DNA from: Bilabrum cf. latius
Taxonomy: Eukaryota
Direction: 5' to 3'
DNA: 64,000 nucleotides
NCBI GenBank assembly: GCA_965178125.1
Contig: OZ237736.1
Location: 62,001 to 126,000 of the forward strand
Position numbers and translations under genes: made by a program
The notes under the pieces: model-generated
Told to the model about the DNA's origin: nothing
Database searches by the model: none
The model's input: the letters and a program-made list of their open reading frames with translations, nothing else
In this document: positions 1 to 11,603 of the stretch, piece by piece
Position numbering within the stretch: the stretch's first letter is position 1
How the letters are laid out: every line of letters begins with the position of its first letter

Positions 1-1
1 T

Positions 2-2485
2 TCCCCCGAGCCCGAGCAACAGCGGCAACAGGAGGCTGCTGCGGGCGGCAGAACAAAGAAGAGGCAGCGCTCGGCCGCGAAAGGGGTCCGCGGAATTGCG
101 CTCACTGCATCGGAGGAAGACTTTGTGAGCACATCGTTGGCTGGCCTCAGATCTCTGCTGCGGAGGCCCCAGGGCCAGGTGGATGTGCCTAGGCTGTCAG
201 AAGCAGACCCATCGGGTGGTGCAGGCGATGCCGAGCCTGGCGACGGCAAAGGCAACGGCAGCGGTGGGGCGATGCATGCGGTCGCGGGTGGTCACGAGTA
301 GGAGGAGGAAGAAGACGAGGATGCTGTCATGTTTCCGGCACTCTTGCATACCTATCGGTTAGCCCCTGCACGCGGCACCACCACGATGCAGGAGGATATG
401 ACGGCGGGGGAGGCCGGTCGGCTGAGCGCGGGCAAGCTTGTGGTGCAAGGTATCGTGCGGGCCAACCCGGCCCTCTTGGCCGCATTGCAAGGGGCAGAAG
501 TAGAGGGCGCCAACCCAAAGCAGTTCCCCATGGTGGTCCCTCCGCGTCCCTGGGCTGGGGTGAGGGAGGGCGGGTACCTGCGCCTCAAAGTGCCCATCGT
601 GCGCCCCAAGCTCGGCAGCAGGTCCTCGCTGGGAGTGGCAGAGATGGCCGACATGCCGCAGGTGTATGATGCGCTTAACGTGCTGGGCGCGCAGGCCTGG
701 CGGGTGAATCCATTCGTGCATGAAACCATGCGCAGAGCCTGGGAAGGAGGCGGCGGGCTGGCGGACCTGCCTCCGAGGGCAGACCTTGAGCTGCCTGAGC
801 CACCCTCTCCACCTTGTGGCGATTCGGATGCTTCGGAAGATGTCGCCGAGGCATTCAAGGCAGCCAACCAGAAGTGGAGGAGGCAGCTAGGCAGGGTCAA
901 GAGGTGGAATAGCAACCGGCACAGCCTCCGCTGCGACCTCACTCTCAAACTCGCGCAGGCCAAGGCGATGGAGTCGGACGCGTTTTGGTTCCCCTACAAC
1001 ATGGACTTCAGGGGTCGCGTGTATCCAGTGCCGCCGCATCTCAACCACATGGGCTCCGACATTTGCCGCGGACTGGTCCAGTTCGCGAGACCCAAGCAGC
1101 TCGGGGACCGGGGCCTCTACTGGCTCAAGGTGCAGCTCAGCAACCTCATGGGCAACGACAAAGCACCGCTGGACGAGCGGGCGCAGTACGCAGAGGACAA
1201 CCTGGCCAGCGCCATGGACTCCGCGGATCGCCCATTGGATGGGAATGGCTGGTGGCTCGAGGCCGACAGCCCATGGCAGGCCCTTGCAGCGTGCCAAGAG
1301 CTGACTCAAGCGATGCGCCTACACGATCCGACGCAACACAGCTGCCCGCTCCCGGTCCACTAGGACGGCTCCTGCAACGGCTTGCAGCATTACGCCGCGC
1401 TTGGGAGAGACTACGACGGCGCTGTTGCTGTCAACTTGGTCGACGCGGATCGACCGCAGGACGTGTACTCACGGGTGCTCGATCTCGTTATTAAGCGCAT
1501 TGAGAAAGATTCCCATGCTGCCGCTAGTGCTGCCGATAGAACGGCCATGGCGAGGTCCGGTCAAGGTGGCTTTGCTGCTCCAGTGGCAGATGCAGTTGCA
1601 GTGTATGAAGAAGCCAACCGGATCGAGTCGAGTGGCAGCATTAAGCAGGCTTAGAAAGTCCGCAGTGGCATCATCGATGAGTCGACCAACCCAATGCAGC
1701 TCGGAAGCTCAGATTAGCAATGGAAATTCGACAGGGCATGTGCCAAGTTTGTTCGAGGACGTGTCGTCCGGAAAACCATCAAATAGACTGTCATGACCAG
1801 CGTATATGGTGTGACGTTCATTGGAGCTCGGGAGCAGATTCGCAATAGGCTAAGAGAAATGGACTGGTCTTCATACGGAGACGTGGATACAACTGATAAA
1901 CTTGTCTCCGATTCCAGCGCTTATCTGGCTAGAATAACTTTGGAGTGTTTAGGAGAAATGTTCAGCGCAGCAGATTCTATCAAAGACTGGTTGACTACAA
2001 CGGCGCAAACTGTCGCTGCTGTACAGCAGCCAATGACTTGGATCACTCCGTTAGGTTTGCCTGTCGTTCAGCCCTACCGAAGGTCGGAAACAATGACCGT
2101 AAAGACAGCTCTCCAGGATCTCATTATTGCGTCAGAGTAGGATGACTTGCCAGTTTCTGCAAGAAAGCAAGGCACCGCATTTCCACCGAACTATGTGCAT
2201 TCTTTGGATTCAACGCACATGATGATGACAGCACTAGATTGTAATCGAAGGCTAGGTATTGACTTTGCAGCAGTTCATGATAGTTATTGGACTCATGCAG
2301 GCGATATTGATGCAATGAATGCGAGCTTGCGGGAACAATTTGTCAACATGTACAAACGCCCGCTGCTTGAGCGACTGCATTAGTCTCTGAAAGTCCGATT
2401 CCCAAGTTTGCCAATTCGGGACCTTCCTGACAGAGGCGATTTTAATATTGATGAAGTTAAGGCATCGACCTATTTTTTTAGTTGA
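2..2485 (+). CDS. POLRMT: T7/T3-like single-subunit (mitochondrial) RNA polymerase, 5'-truncated by window edge; read with TAG=Gln
   Basis: Track ORFs 329, 1382, 1793 and 2147 share one frame and are separated only by TAG. Motifs: [11 protein letters not shown](TAG)[15 protein letters not shown](TAG)[27 protein letters not shown]-terminal YFFS then TGA at 2483-2485. Confidence 0.96.
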
Positions 2486-3812
2486 TTTGATTGTTCCAAA
2501 TTAAAGCATGTACAGTTTGATTACCTCAAGATTTTACAAATTTTCGCTGCATTCATTGTAGTAAACATTTTTTTAGATTTTCTTATTAACGCTCCAATCA
2601 AGTTGTGTACAACTTACACCAACCACATGTGTTGATCCGTACAAGCATAAAACTAAATATGGAACCTGAGTCGATCAGCTTAGTATATGAGATTATTATA
2701 CGCGAAGAAGCGTGTTTGCTGTGGCACATTGTGAAATGAATAGAAATAGCCCCGACTAAGGGCCGATTAGCCTGACCTTAGCGAGCATTTAGGACAGAAT
2801 GGCCATAAGCCACCTGCACCAGCTCATCTATTAAATATATCGTATGCTACTGATACAACACATACTCCAATGTTGAAATATTTTCACACAATCTATCATG
2901 CTGATGTGGTGCTTTAAGTTGCCCACCTATGCTCTGTTAATTGATAAAAGATGCTGCCAACTAAAGCTCACGAGAGTTCACGTCATGTATCACAAAAATC
3001 TGCAGAACCTTTCTTGAAATAGATTTAAGAGAAACACATATAGTTGCGCTAGTTGAAATTTTCATAAGTTCTATGTCTTTAAGCAAAAAGCATCGACTGA
3101 GATAAAGGTGAAACAAACACCTTGGCTTTGCAAAAATATCGCTATTCATTTGCATTACTAGCTTACAAGGTGTTCTTGTTGCCGCAACATATTATAGAAA
3201 CTTGGATTGAGAATACTTAAACCTTGTGCTTTGTCGATGTATTAATCACTTTCTCAATCTACAAGTAACTGCTTATCGCACATGTACTGTCCCTTCAATT
3301 GCCGCCTGTTGCACTAGCTTTGTGTTACTTCGGGAAGGTAAGAATTGTACGGCTTGGATAGGAACCTGCGGCAAATGATTTCTTACTATATGCAGCCTCT
3401 CAACTAGTAAGCTGGCTTAGTGGTTTTTGCCAACGGGTGATTTATATGTGACTCGTTTAATCTGATACACAGATTCACTTCATGAAAAGATTCGTCGGTA
3501 ACATCAATTGTATTCACTTTAGCTTGGTAACTTGAAGACTAGAGAAAGTGATGTCAATCGACTGGAACAGAGATTCCAAGCAAAACTGAGACTGCATACA
3601 TTTCAATTATTCTGCAATGATGATCTATCCACAAATGATCATTGAATAGCATGTAAAATAAATACTACCATTAATTGTGTGTCGATAATTTATTAATAAT
3701 TACAATATTCAGGTTTCGTCATGTTGATGAAGTAATGCGGTCTGTTATGAGCACCAGCTTAGATGTTAAAAATAGAACTAGTCATTTTGCACACAGGATG
3801 AGATAGTACAAG

Positions 3813-6800
3813 TCATATAAGTTCACCCTATGGTTCAATTCGTGGCCGCTTCCTTGCAGACATCAATGAGCCCTACCCGGGAGACTCGCTTTGGAGCCTC
3901 TTTGCGCCCACGACCGGTTTGGATCGGGAAGGGGTCGCTCGCGATCGATTCTTCCCCTTGTTTCGAAGCTTGGCCAGCTCTTCGCTACCCTCAAAATTCT
4001 TGCAAGATTTGCACGTGCACTCGCCCGGGGAGCACGTTATGCCTTCCTTGAAGCACACGCAATACTTCTTGAGACACTGCGTTCTCGAGCACGTGCAATG
4101 GATGGCCTGTCCAGCCTTCTTCTTGAGGGCAGCCTCGAGCATCTGCGAGCGCTTCGGCTCGAACTCCCGCTTGTTCTCGCACGATGAGTGAGAGCACTTG
4201 CACTGCGGGCCGCAGTAAGCGCTTCGGGCAAAGCAGACGCAATACAGCTTGAGGCACTTGATCCTCGGGCAGTTGCAAGGGGCCATGGAGGCATCGACCG
4301 CCTTGCTGGACGATCCAGCGGCCTAGTTGCTGTGCTGGCTGCGGCCAGTCCCGCCGGACGCGATGGAGCTGCTCGCCCCCCCGAAGCTCCCCGCCACTGA
4401 GCTGGGCCTGGACACCGACGATGCACCGTACGACGATGCGATCGGGTCTGACGGGAAGTCCATGCCCTGCCCCATACCGTGCCGCGCAAGCCTCGCGCTC
4501 AGGCCGCCAGGGCCAGTGCCCAGCATCACCCCGTCGCCTCCCCGCGCCTTTCGCCCCGGTGCCCTCCGCGAGCCCTTGCCCGATGCCCCCGACCTCTTCT
4601 GCGGACTCGAATCCGCACCCTGTTTGCTCCTTCCAGACCGCCGCGACGCCCCGCTGCCCCTGGGCCTATCGCTGCCCGCATCCCTGACGCGTCTCGAGGC
4701 CTTGCGCTGCCTCCGGCCCCCGCCGGTCCCCGAGTCATCGGGAGTACCGGGCTACAGATCGCGGTCCACGACTGACTGCTGCCCAGCGCGCCCTGCTGCA
4801 GTCGCCCCACCCGTCCCCGTGCCTCCGCCCCTCACGGCTGCCCCCGCCCCGCCAGCAGCACCGCTCATCGCCCCACTCGCATGCCCATCCACGTCCCTAC
4901 CGTCAATTTCGTGCCCCAGCTCACCGACATCCCCGCCGTCGCGCTCCTCCAGGCTCACCCCTGCGCCCAGAGGGGGGTCTAGGAGGAGCCCGCCCACCGC
5001 CCCGAACCCATCTCCATGCACCCCCCTCCCCCTCCTCCTCCTCCTCGCCTTTGTATCCCGTGCAAGCAAACCACCCTCCTCACCGTCCTCGTCCTCCACA
5101 TCGCCCTCGTCCTCGTCCTCGTCCTCGCCTCCATCCCCTTCCCCTTCCCCATCGCTGTCCAGCCCGCCCTCGTCCTCATCGCCCCCCAGCACCCCTGTCG
5201 CGCTTCCGCCGCCGGTCCCACCACGAGAATGCAGCATGGGCGTGGCGTAGTCGTCCGACGCCGCGAGCACGCCCCGTCCCCTGGCCCGGCCCCCGCGCCG
5301 GCCCCTGGCCCCCCTGCCCGCCAGCTCCGAGGCCCGCTGCCAGTGTGACGAGGACGCATCGCCCCGGCCCCCCATCAGCGGCGCTTCCGCCAACACCTGC
5401 GCCAGCCGGTCCGCCGCGGACCCGGAGCCGGAATGACCCCGCTGCCTCGCCGCACTGCCGTGCAGTGCACCCCTCTCCCTCCCCCCTCGCCCGGGGCTCA
5501 GGCCGGCCAGCAGCTCCAGCGAAGCCAGCCTCCTGAAGCCCAGCGAGGCCTCCTGCCCCAGCCCAGGCACCCCGGCATACCCCGCCCCGATGGTCGCCTC
5601 CACGCTGTCTGCCACGCTGTCTGGCTCGTCTGTGGCGCGCCCCCCGTTGGGGGTCTACCCGTGCCCGTTTCGCCGCCCGTGCCCATGCCCGCCCGTGCCC
5701 CTCTCTGCCCCCGGACTGAGGGCGTCTCGCATGCGCCTTGAACGCCCGCCCCGGGCGCGCTCTCCTGTGAGCCTGGTGCCGGCGCCCCCCTGTTCCCCAT
5801 GCCCCTGTTCCCCATGGTCCTGAGCTCGCAGTGGAGGCGGCTACAGGCCGCGCGCATCGACTGTGCGGGCCGTTGGCTGTGGGGACCGGAATGCAGCATC
5901 GTCAGCATCGTCAGCATCGCCAGCATCATCCACAGCATCACCGTCCTCTTCGTTCAAGGGGTGGCCAGGCGGGCTGCTGTCCACGCGATCACCCTCCCGA
6001 GCCGCCCCCGCACCGGCGCCACCTCCCTCCCTGCTGCCTGATAATCCAGGCCCCGCCAGCCTGTCCGCACTCGTCACATGGCTCACGAACGGAGAACCCG
6101 AGGCCCCGAGCGAATCAAGAGCCCCAGAGGAACCCGCCCCGAGCGGAGAGCCGACGGGCAGCACGTGCCGACTAGGCGTGTGAGCGGCGCCGAATCCACC
6201 GGTGGAGCTGCTGCTGGTTCGCGAGGCCGCCGCCGGTTCCGCAGGCAGCGCGGAGGTGCCGCGCGCTGCCCGTCGCTTCACTGGCGGAGGGCTCCTCAGC
6301 AATTGCGACTCCGAATCCATGGATGTGCCTCTAGCTGCGACTTCCCCTGCGATCATAAGGGCGGCCGCGTCGCTCGAGCTTCCCTCCCCTGCTGCCGACC
6401 CGCTGCTACTGCTGCCGCTGCTGCTGCTGCTGTGCGAAGCGTCCTGGCTGTGCGAGTGCCATTCTTCCTTTTCGCTGTTCCCTGCATCCGGTGACCCGAT
6501 CCACCGCACCCCCTGCCCCTGCCCTGCCCTTGCAGCCGCAGCCGCGCTCTCATGCGGGCTCCCAGCCGCCGCCAGCAGCCCCACCCCGGGCGCTTGTTCC
6601 CTGGAATCCTCCTCGCTTGCCCCCTCCCCCTCGTCCTCCCCCCCAAACCCGAGAGCCCCCAGCCCCAGCCCCACCGCCCTCCTGGCTGACGCAAAGGCCA
6701 GGAGGGCGCGCGCCTCGGACGAAGAGGACCCCTCCCCCCCTGCCCTCGTGCCATGGGACCCTGCCCCCGGAGGGGACGCAAACGAGGATGACGACGGCGG

Positions 6801-7454
6801 AAGCGGCGCCTGGTCGCCCGGGCGGTGTGATGAGTGCTTGCTCGCTTGCTGTGGAGAGGCACCGGATTCTGCGGTGCTCTGCGAGCTTTCGGGCACTGTC
6901 TGGTGTGACGAGTGCGCCCGGCCCTTCTCTGGCGATTCCGACGAGGAACTCGCCTGCGATGAGGTGGCCATAGTGGCCAGGGTGGCCAAAGTGGACTGCG
7001 ACTGCGGCAGCGACTCCTGCCTCGACCGGCCAGACGACAGCCGTGCCCGCTGCGGCGTGGCCGATGCACCCTGCCCCCTTGCTCCATCCCCGGCCGACGC
7101 CTGGCCCGCCGGTGCAGTCGCGGGCTCAAGAGAAGCAGAGGGCGCGCTGGGTGCCGGCTGTGTCTCAGCGCCTGAACCCCCCCTTCGGGCCCTCCCCGAG
7201 CGGGTTGGGGTCGAGGTGACTGCCGCTGCTGGCCGGTGGGAGCCCGGCGATCCTGGGGGCCGCTGGCGCTGCGGCGTCGGCAGCGATGGTCCTCGCATGG
7301 CGCTGCTCATTCTCCCGTCGTACGCATCTCTCGTTGCTGACGCGGCCACGGACCCGCCGTCGTCCGGCTGCATGGCCATCGCCCCGCGATCTACCGATCC
7401 GAAGATGCCCCGACCGGGGGATTCGAATCCAGGCCTGCGAAGAGAGCACAGCAT
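3813..7454 (-). CDS. CRC/CXC-domain (tesmin/TSO1/LIN54-like) protein with long low-complexity N-terminus, ~1210 aa; start uncertain
   Basis: Track ORFs 5841-7454, 4752-5615, 4323-4529 and 3873-4286 are one frame joined by TAG. Two CXC motifs (CNCPRIKCLKLYCVCFA; CTCSRTQCLKKYCVCFK); ends at TGA 3813-3815. Confidence 0.85.
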
Positions 7455-9082
7455 TAGCAGTCCAAATGAACATGGAAAATAGCGAGTAGACCCTCGAGAA
7501 CGGTCGCTGCTTTGAGGTGGCGTTGCGTCGGAACGGTGGCAGCACAGTCGGAGTGCGAGGCTTTACCCCGCAGTGTAGCAGCATTCTAGCACAAGCAGCT
7601 CACATGAGATGCAAATGATACTGTGGACTGCCCCGCTGAAGAGGGGACCCCATGCCAAGACTCGTGCGGGTAGGATTAGGCGACATTGGCATGCCTACCA
7701 GCTCTGGCGTCATGAGCACAGACGACGACCGTCCCGCATCTGCATCCCTGCTGATATTCTCGACTGGCCGGCGCGCAGGCAGACTTGCCATCTACAGCTA
7801 TGACGCTACTTGATTGGGATTCAGCCTCGCCGCGTGTTGTGCGCGCCTTGGCGGCGTCACTACTGCCTGGCTGGCCTGGTTGCTTGCAACGGCACTAGCT
7901 TGCGAATCCAGCGAATCTACGCTGTTTCGCCTCCCTCGCCTCATGCCAACAATGATAAAAGTATACTTTGGCAGCTACTTACGCGCTGCTTGGCACGTGT
8001 GACTGCAGTGATGCGATAGTTGCCATGACTCTGCTCACCCGACGAAAACGGCGCCGCGCAGCAGCTTTAGCGGAACCAACAAACGGACGGCATGGACAAT
8101 GCAGGCAGGCGATGCAGAGCAAAAACTGTGCTCGACCAGAGTCCCTTGTGCCATGCAAGAGAAACAGAATAAGCACCACCTGCTGCAGCCACCTATATCA
8201 CCAGCTCGAAGCACGGTGGGAGCTAGATCCAGGCTCCAGGCAGTGCAGTGCCCCATCACACGAAGCTGCGACACTGGTAGGCCCATCATCAAACTTGAAC
8301 CCCATGCCCACGCAGCCCCCCACGCACCCGCACAGCCTCTTGTTGGCCTCGGTGAGTACCTGCCCCTCCTTGCCTCCCCCAGCTCGGTTGCCATCGCCAT
8401 GCAGCGCTCGTGCACATGAGAGCAAGGGCCCCGCCGCTGCTCACCCATCAAGGGCCGCGTGGGGTCTGCCGTGGTATACTCTCATCCTCTAATTTTCAAG
8501 CCAGCACGCGATTAAGCTGTAATCGCCACTGCGATCTGGGGGCTATTTGCGGTCGAAATTCGAGTCCCCCGGTCATGTCCGGGGCCCGGTGGCGGTCCGG
8601 CGGGCAGGCGGGCCGGGGTTCCGTTCCGGTTCCGTGCCACAGTGCAGAGCCTGGCAGTGAGGTCTGGCGAGAGTCTGCCTGTACGCTCCAGCTCAGCGTT
8701 CCACAGACAGCGATTCCACAAAGCAGAGGCGCCCAGTAAATAGAAATAGAAGAACTTTCAAGCTGGAAAGCTCATCTTCCCTCTTCCAAAGGGAGCAGGC
8801 CTGATTCACGTCCCGGCAAGAGGTGAGGCTCGCGCACACCGCGAGCAATAGTCCTCGTTGCCCGAGCTTGGCGAGCTCGCTTGGCTGTTTGTGATGGTGT
8901 TTACGATTTGCCTACGAAGTCCTGGATCTTGGCATTCACGGGCCTCGAGTCTTGGCTCCTTTCAGCTTCGACGAGTCTCCCTCGCGCTGCTTTCCGTAAA
9001 TACCCTAACCAACCCTAACACATTCCCCCAACTGTTGTGCTCCGCAGGCCCCCTCTTTGCGGCTCCGAAACACTCCAACCCT

Positions 9083-11167
9083 ATGGAAGATTGTAGCCAC
9101 GGATGGCCTATGACGTCCGCACATACGCCGTCGCTGGCTCCGGTCGCGATGGACAAGAACAGATCGGAAGCGCAGAGGTCCGTGGCGACGGCCGTCGGTG
9201 ACCGCGATGACGATGTCGATACAGTGGTGGCGGTGGTGGGTGGGGCCGCGGCCGCTGGCGGCAACGGCGACGATGGCACGCCTTCGCGAGAGCCAGCCCC
9301 GTCGTCCGTCGCACGCAGGCTGGTGGAGCGCGGCGCCGGCTCCGCGGACGATGGCGACAATGGCGCCTCTGCCGAAGTAGCGGCGGCGATCGCGGCGGCC
9401 CGGGCGGCGGAGAAGGCTGCGCTGGCGGCGATCGAGGCCCAGCTGCAGCGCGCGGTCGCGACGGGCCTGTTGGACCGACGGGCGGCACTGGCTGCGATGA
9501 TGCCGCAGCTAGACGACCCGAGCAGGGCGCCCACGGCCGAGGCGAGAAAGTCGGCTCAGGGGTCCGCTGGGCTGCTGCGCGCCGCCTGGGCCGCCCGGCG
9601 TGCTGTACCACTCGCGAGGCAGCACGCCGCTGCTGCGGGCGAGCGGGCGGCTGATGCTACGGCCGACCTGGTGGATGCCTTGCTGCTGGCACGGCTGGGG
9701 TCCGAGGGCCTCGCGCGCGTCGACGAACGAACGGCTGACGAGGACGGCGGCGGCGCAGCGTCGCGGCGCTTCGGGCGGTTCGCGCCGGCTGGGGTGCCGA
9801 CGGCTCGGGCGTTAGAGGCGGCTCGGCTGGGCCTAGTTGGCACGGCGGCGCTGGCGGAGCTGCGGCGGCTGGACCCGTCGAACGAGGCGGAGGGGCTGCA
9901 GCGCGTGGGGATGGGGGCGGCGGCGTGGGTGGTGGCAGCACAGGGGCCGCAGGTGTCCATGGCGGCGACCACTTCGCAACCTCGCGGCGCTCCGTGCAGT
10001 TCGCGCCGCCGCCGTTTTGGCGGCAGGTAGGAGGGCGCGACAGGAGAGGTGAATCCCGCAGCGGTGGCCGCGACTGTGCTTGCAATCGGTAAGCGACTGG
10101 TTGCGGCTGGCAGCCCGTTGGCCGATCACGCGATCACGGTCGCCGGATTGGGGGAGCTGCTGCAGTCGAAGCGCGGGACGGAGGCGGAGGAGTCGGCAGA
10201 GTGTCTCTCGAAACTTGCAGAGGTAGAATACAGACGAAGATAGCGGGAATCGGCACCGCATCCGCTGCTCGATCGTGCGGACTTGGTGGACGGGCTGGTG
10301 CGTCTGCTGGCGTCGGACAAGGGCAGGGAGGCCGATCATGCCGCGGCATGCCTGGCGAGAATTGCCCGTACTGCCTACTGGCGACGTAGATGGTAGTTTC
10401 GTAACACTTGTTTCATGCGCTGGGGGGATCGGCTGCTGGCATAGATCGGCCTCGATGGACACTATGCGATGGACGGGCTTGACTTTTTCGCCGAGGACTG
10501 CCTGGTGAGTATCGCGCATCGTATTGCATGTGGTCCGTGGCTCGCTCGGCCGGACCCGGACCTGGTAGACAGGCTGGTGCAGCTGCTTGCGTCGGGCGAG
10601 GGCAGGGCGGCCGAGCTCGCCGCGTGGTGCCTGTAGAACATCGCGCAGACAACAGGGTCTTGTCGTCCGCTGGTGGATCGCCCGGGCCTGATGGACGGGC
10701 TGCTGCGGCTGCTGGCATCGGACAAGGGCAAAGAGGCCGAGTTTGCCGCTGGATTCCTACGGACCATCGCCGGGGATAGAGAGACTGTTGGTCGGCCGTA
10801 TTGTCGCCCGGGCGTTGTGGACGGGCTGGCGCGTCTGCTGGCGTCGGACAAGGGCAAAGAGGCCGAGTTCGCCGCGGAATGCCTGTCGAACATGGCCTAC
10901 AGGGGTGAATTCAAGTGCCCGCTGTTCTATCGCGCGGGCGTGGTGGACGGGCTGGTGCGCCTGCTGGCGTCGGACAAGGGCAGGAAGGCCGAGCGCGCCG
11001 CGAAATGCCTGTGGTATTTCGCCGAAACACCCTCGATCCGCCAGCCGATGCGGGAACACAAGGCGCTCGTGGCGGGGGCTCGTGCCCTGGTCCACCGCAC
11101 GACCGCTCCCAATAGTGCCAGGCAAGAGGCCAAGAGCCTATGCCTGAAAGCCGAGATTTTTTGGTGA
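9083..11167 (+). CDS. Armadillo-like repeat protein; start could be 9083 or 9149
   Basis: One frame through five TAGs to TGA 11165-11167. Repeated ~42-aa units of the form (PG)LVDGLVRLLASDKGxEAExAAxCL. Confidence 0.75.
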
Positions 11168-11603
11168 CCGCCGAGGTGAAAATTAGCCCTGCCAACGACA
11201 CCAAGTGAGCCATGCATGGTCGGGCGGACCTCATGGACGAGCTGGTGCGGCTGCTCAGGGAACAGAGCGCTGCGCCTCGGGAGGTAGCGCGATGCTGCCT
11301 CGGGGACCTCTGGGGCCACTGCATAGGATGCAGAGCAACGTATCCACAGGTGCTGGAACAGTGTTAGGTTACGTAACCCGTAACTTTCCGCCATTTTGAG
11401 AAAAGAATAACGACTGAGGCCCAGGAGATCCAGGATGGTGTAACTATCTGCAGCAGGCACCGATCCCGATACCACCAAAACTTGAAGCACCACGCGAGCT
11501 AGGTGCCCCTCTCAGACGCGCAAGTCCCCGAGGGCCTCTCTGCAGTGCACGGCAGTGCCCCATCACGCGAAGCTGCGGCCCATTGAACCCCATACCCCCA
11601 CTT

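Noticed and set aside
1510-1740. Intron or intein within the RNA polymerase
   Set aside because: Frame stays open with TAG=Gln and no intein motifs are seen; best read as a lineage-specific insertion.
2-2485. Phage or viral RNA polymerase belonging to the elements
   Set aside because: Lies in GC-rich host context 13 kb from the viruses and has mitochondrial-type features (YFFS end).
3813-7454. Functional link between the host CRC protein and E2F-like TTTGGCG motifs in viral promoters
   Set aside because: Only adjacency and a short AT-rich motif; no supporting evidence.
9002-9019. Telomere-like CCCTAA repeats
   Set aside because: Only two interrupted units; compatible with chance.
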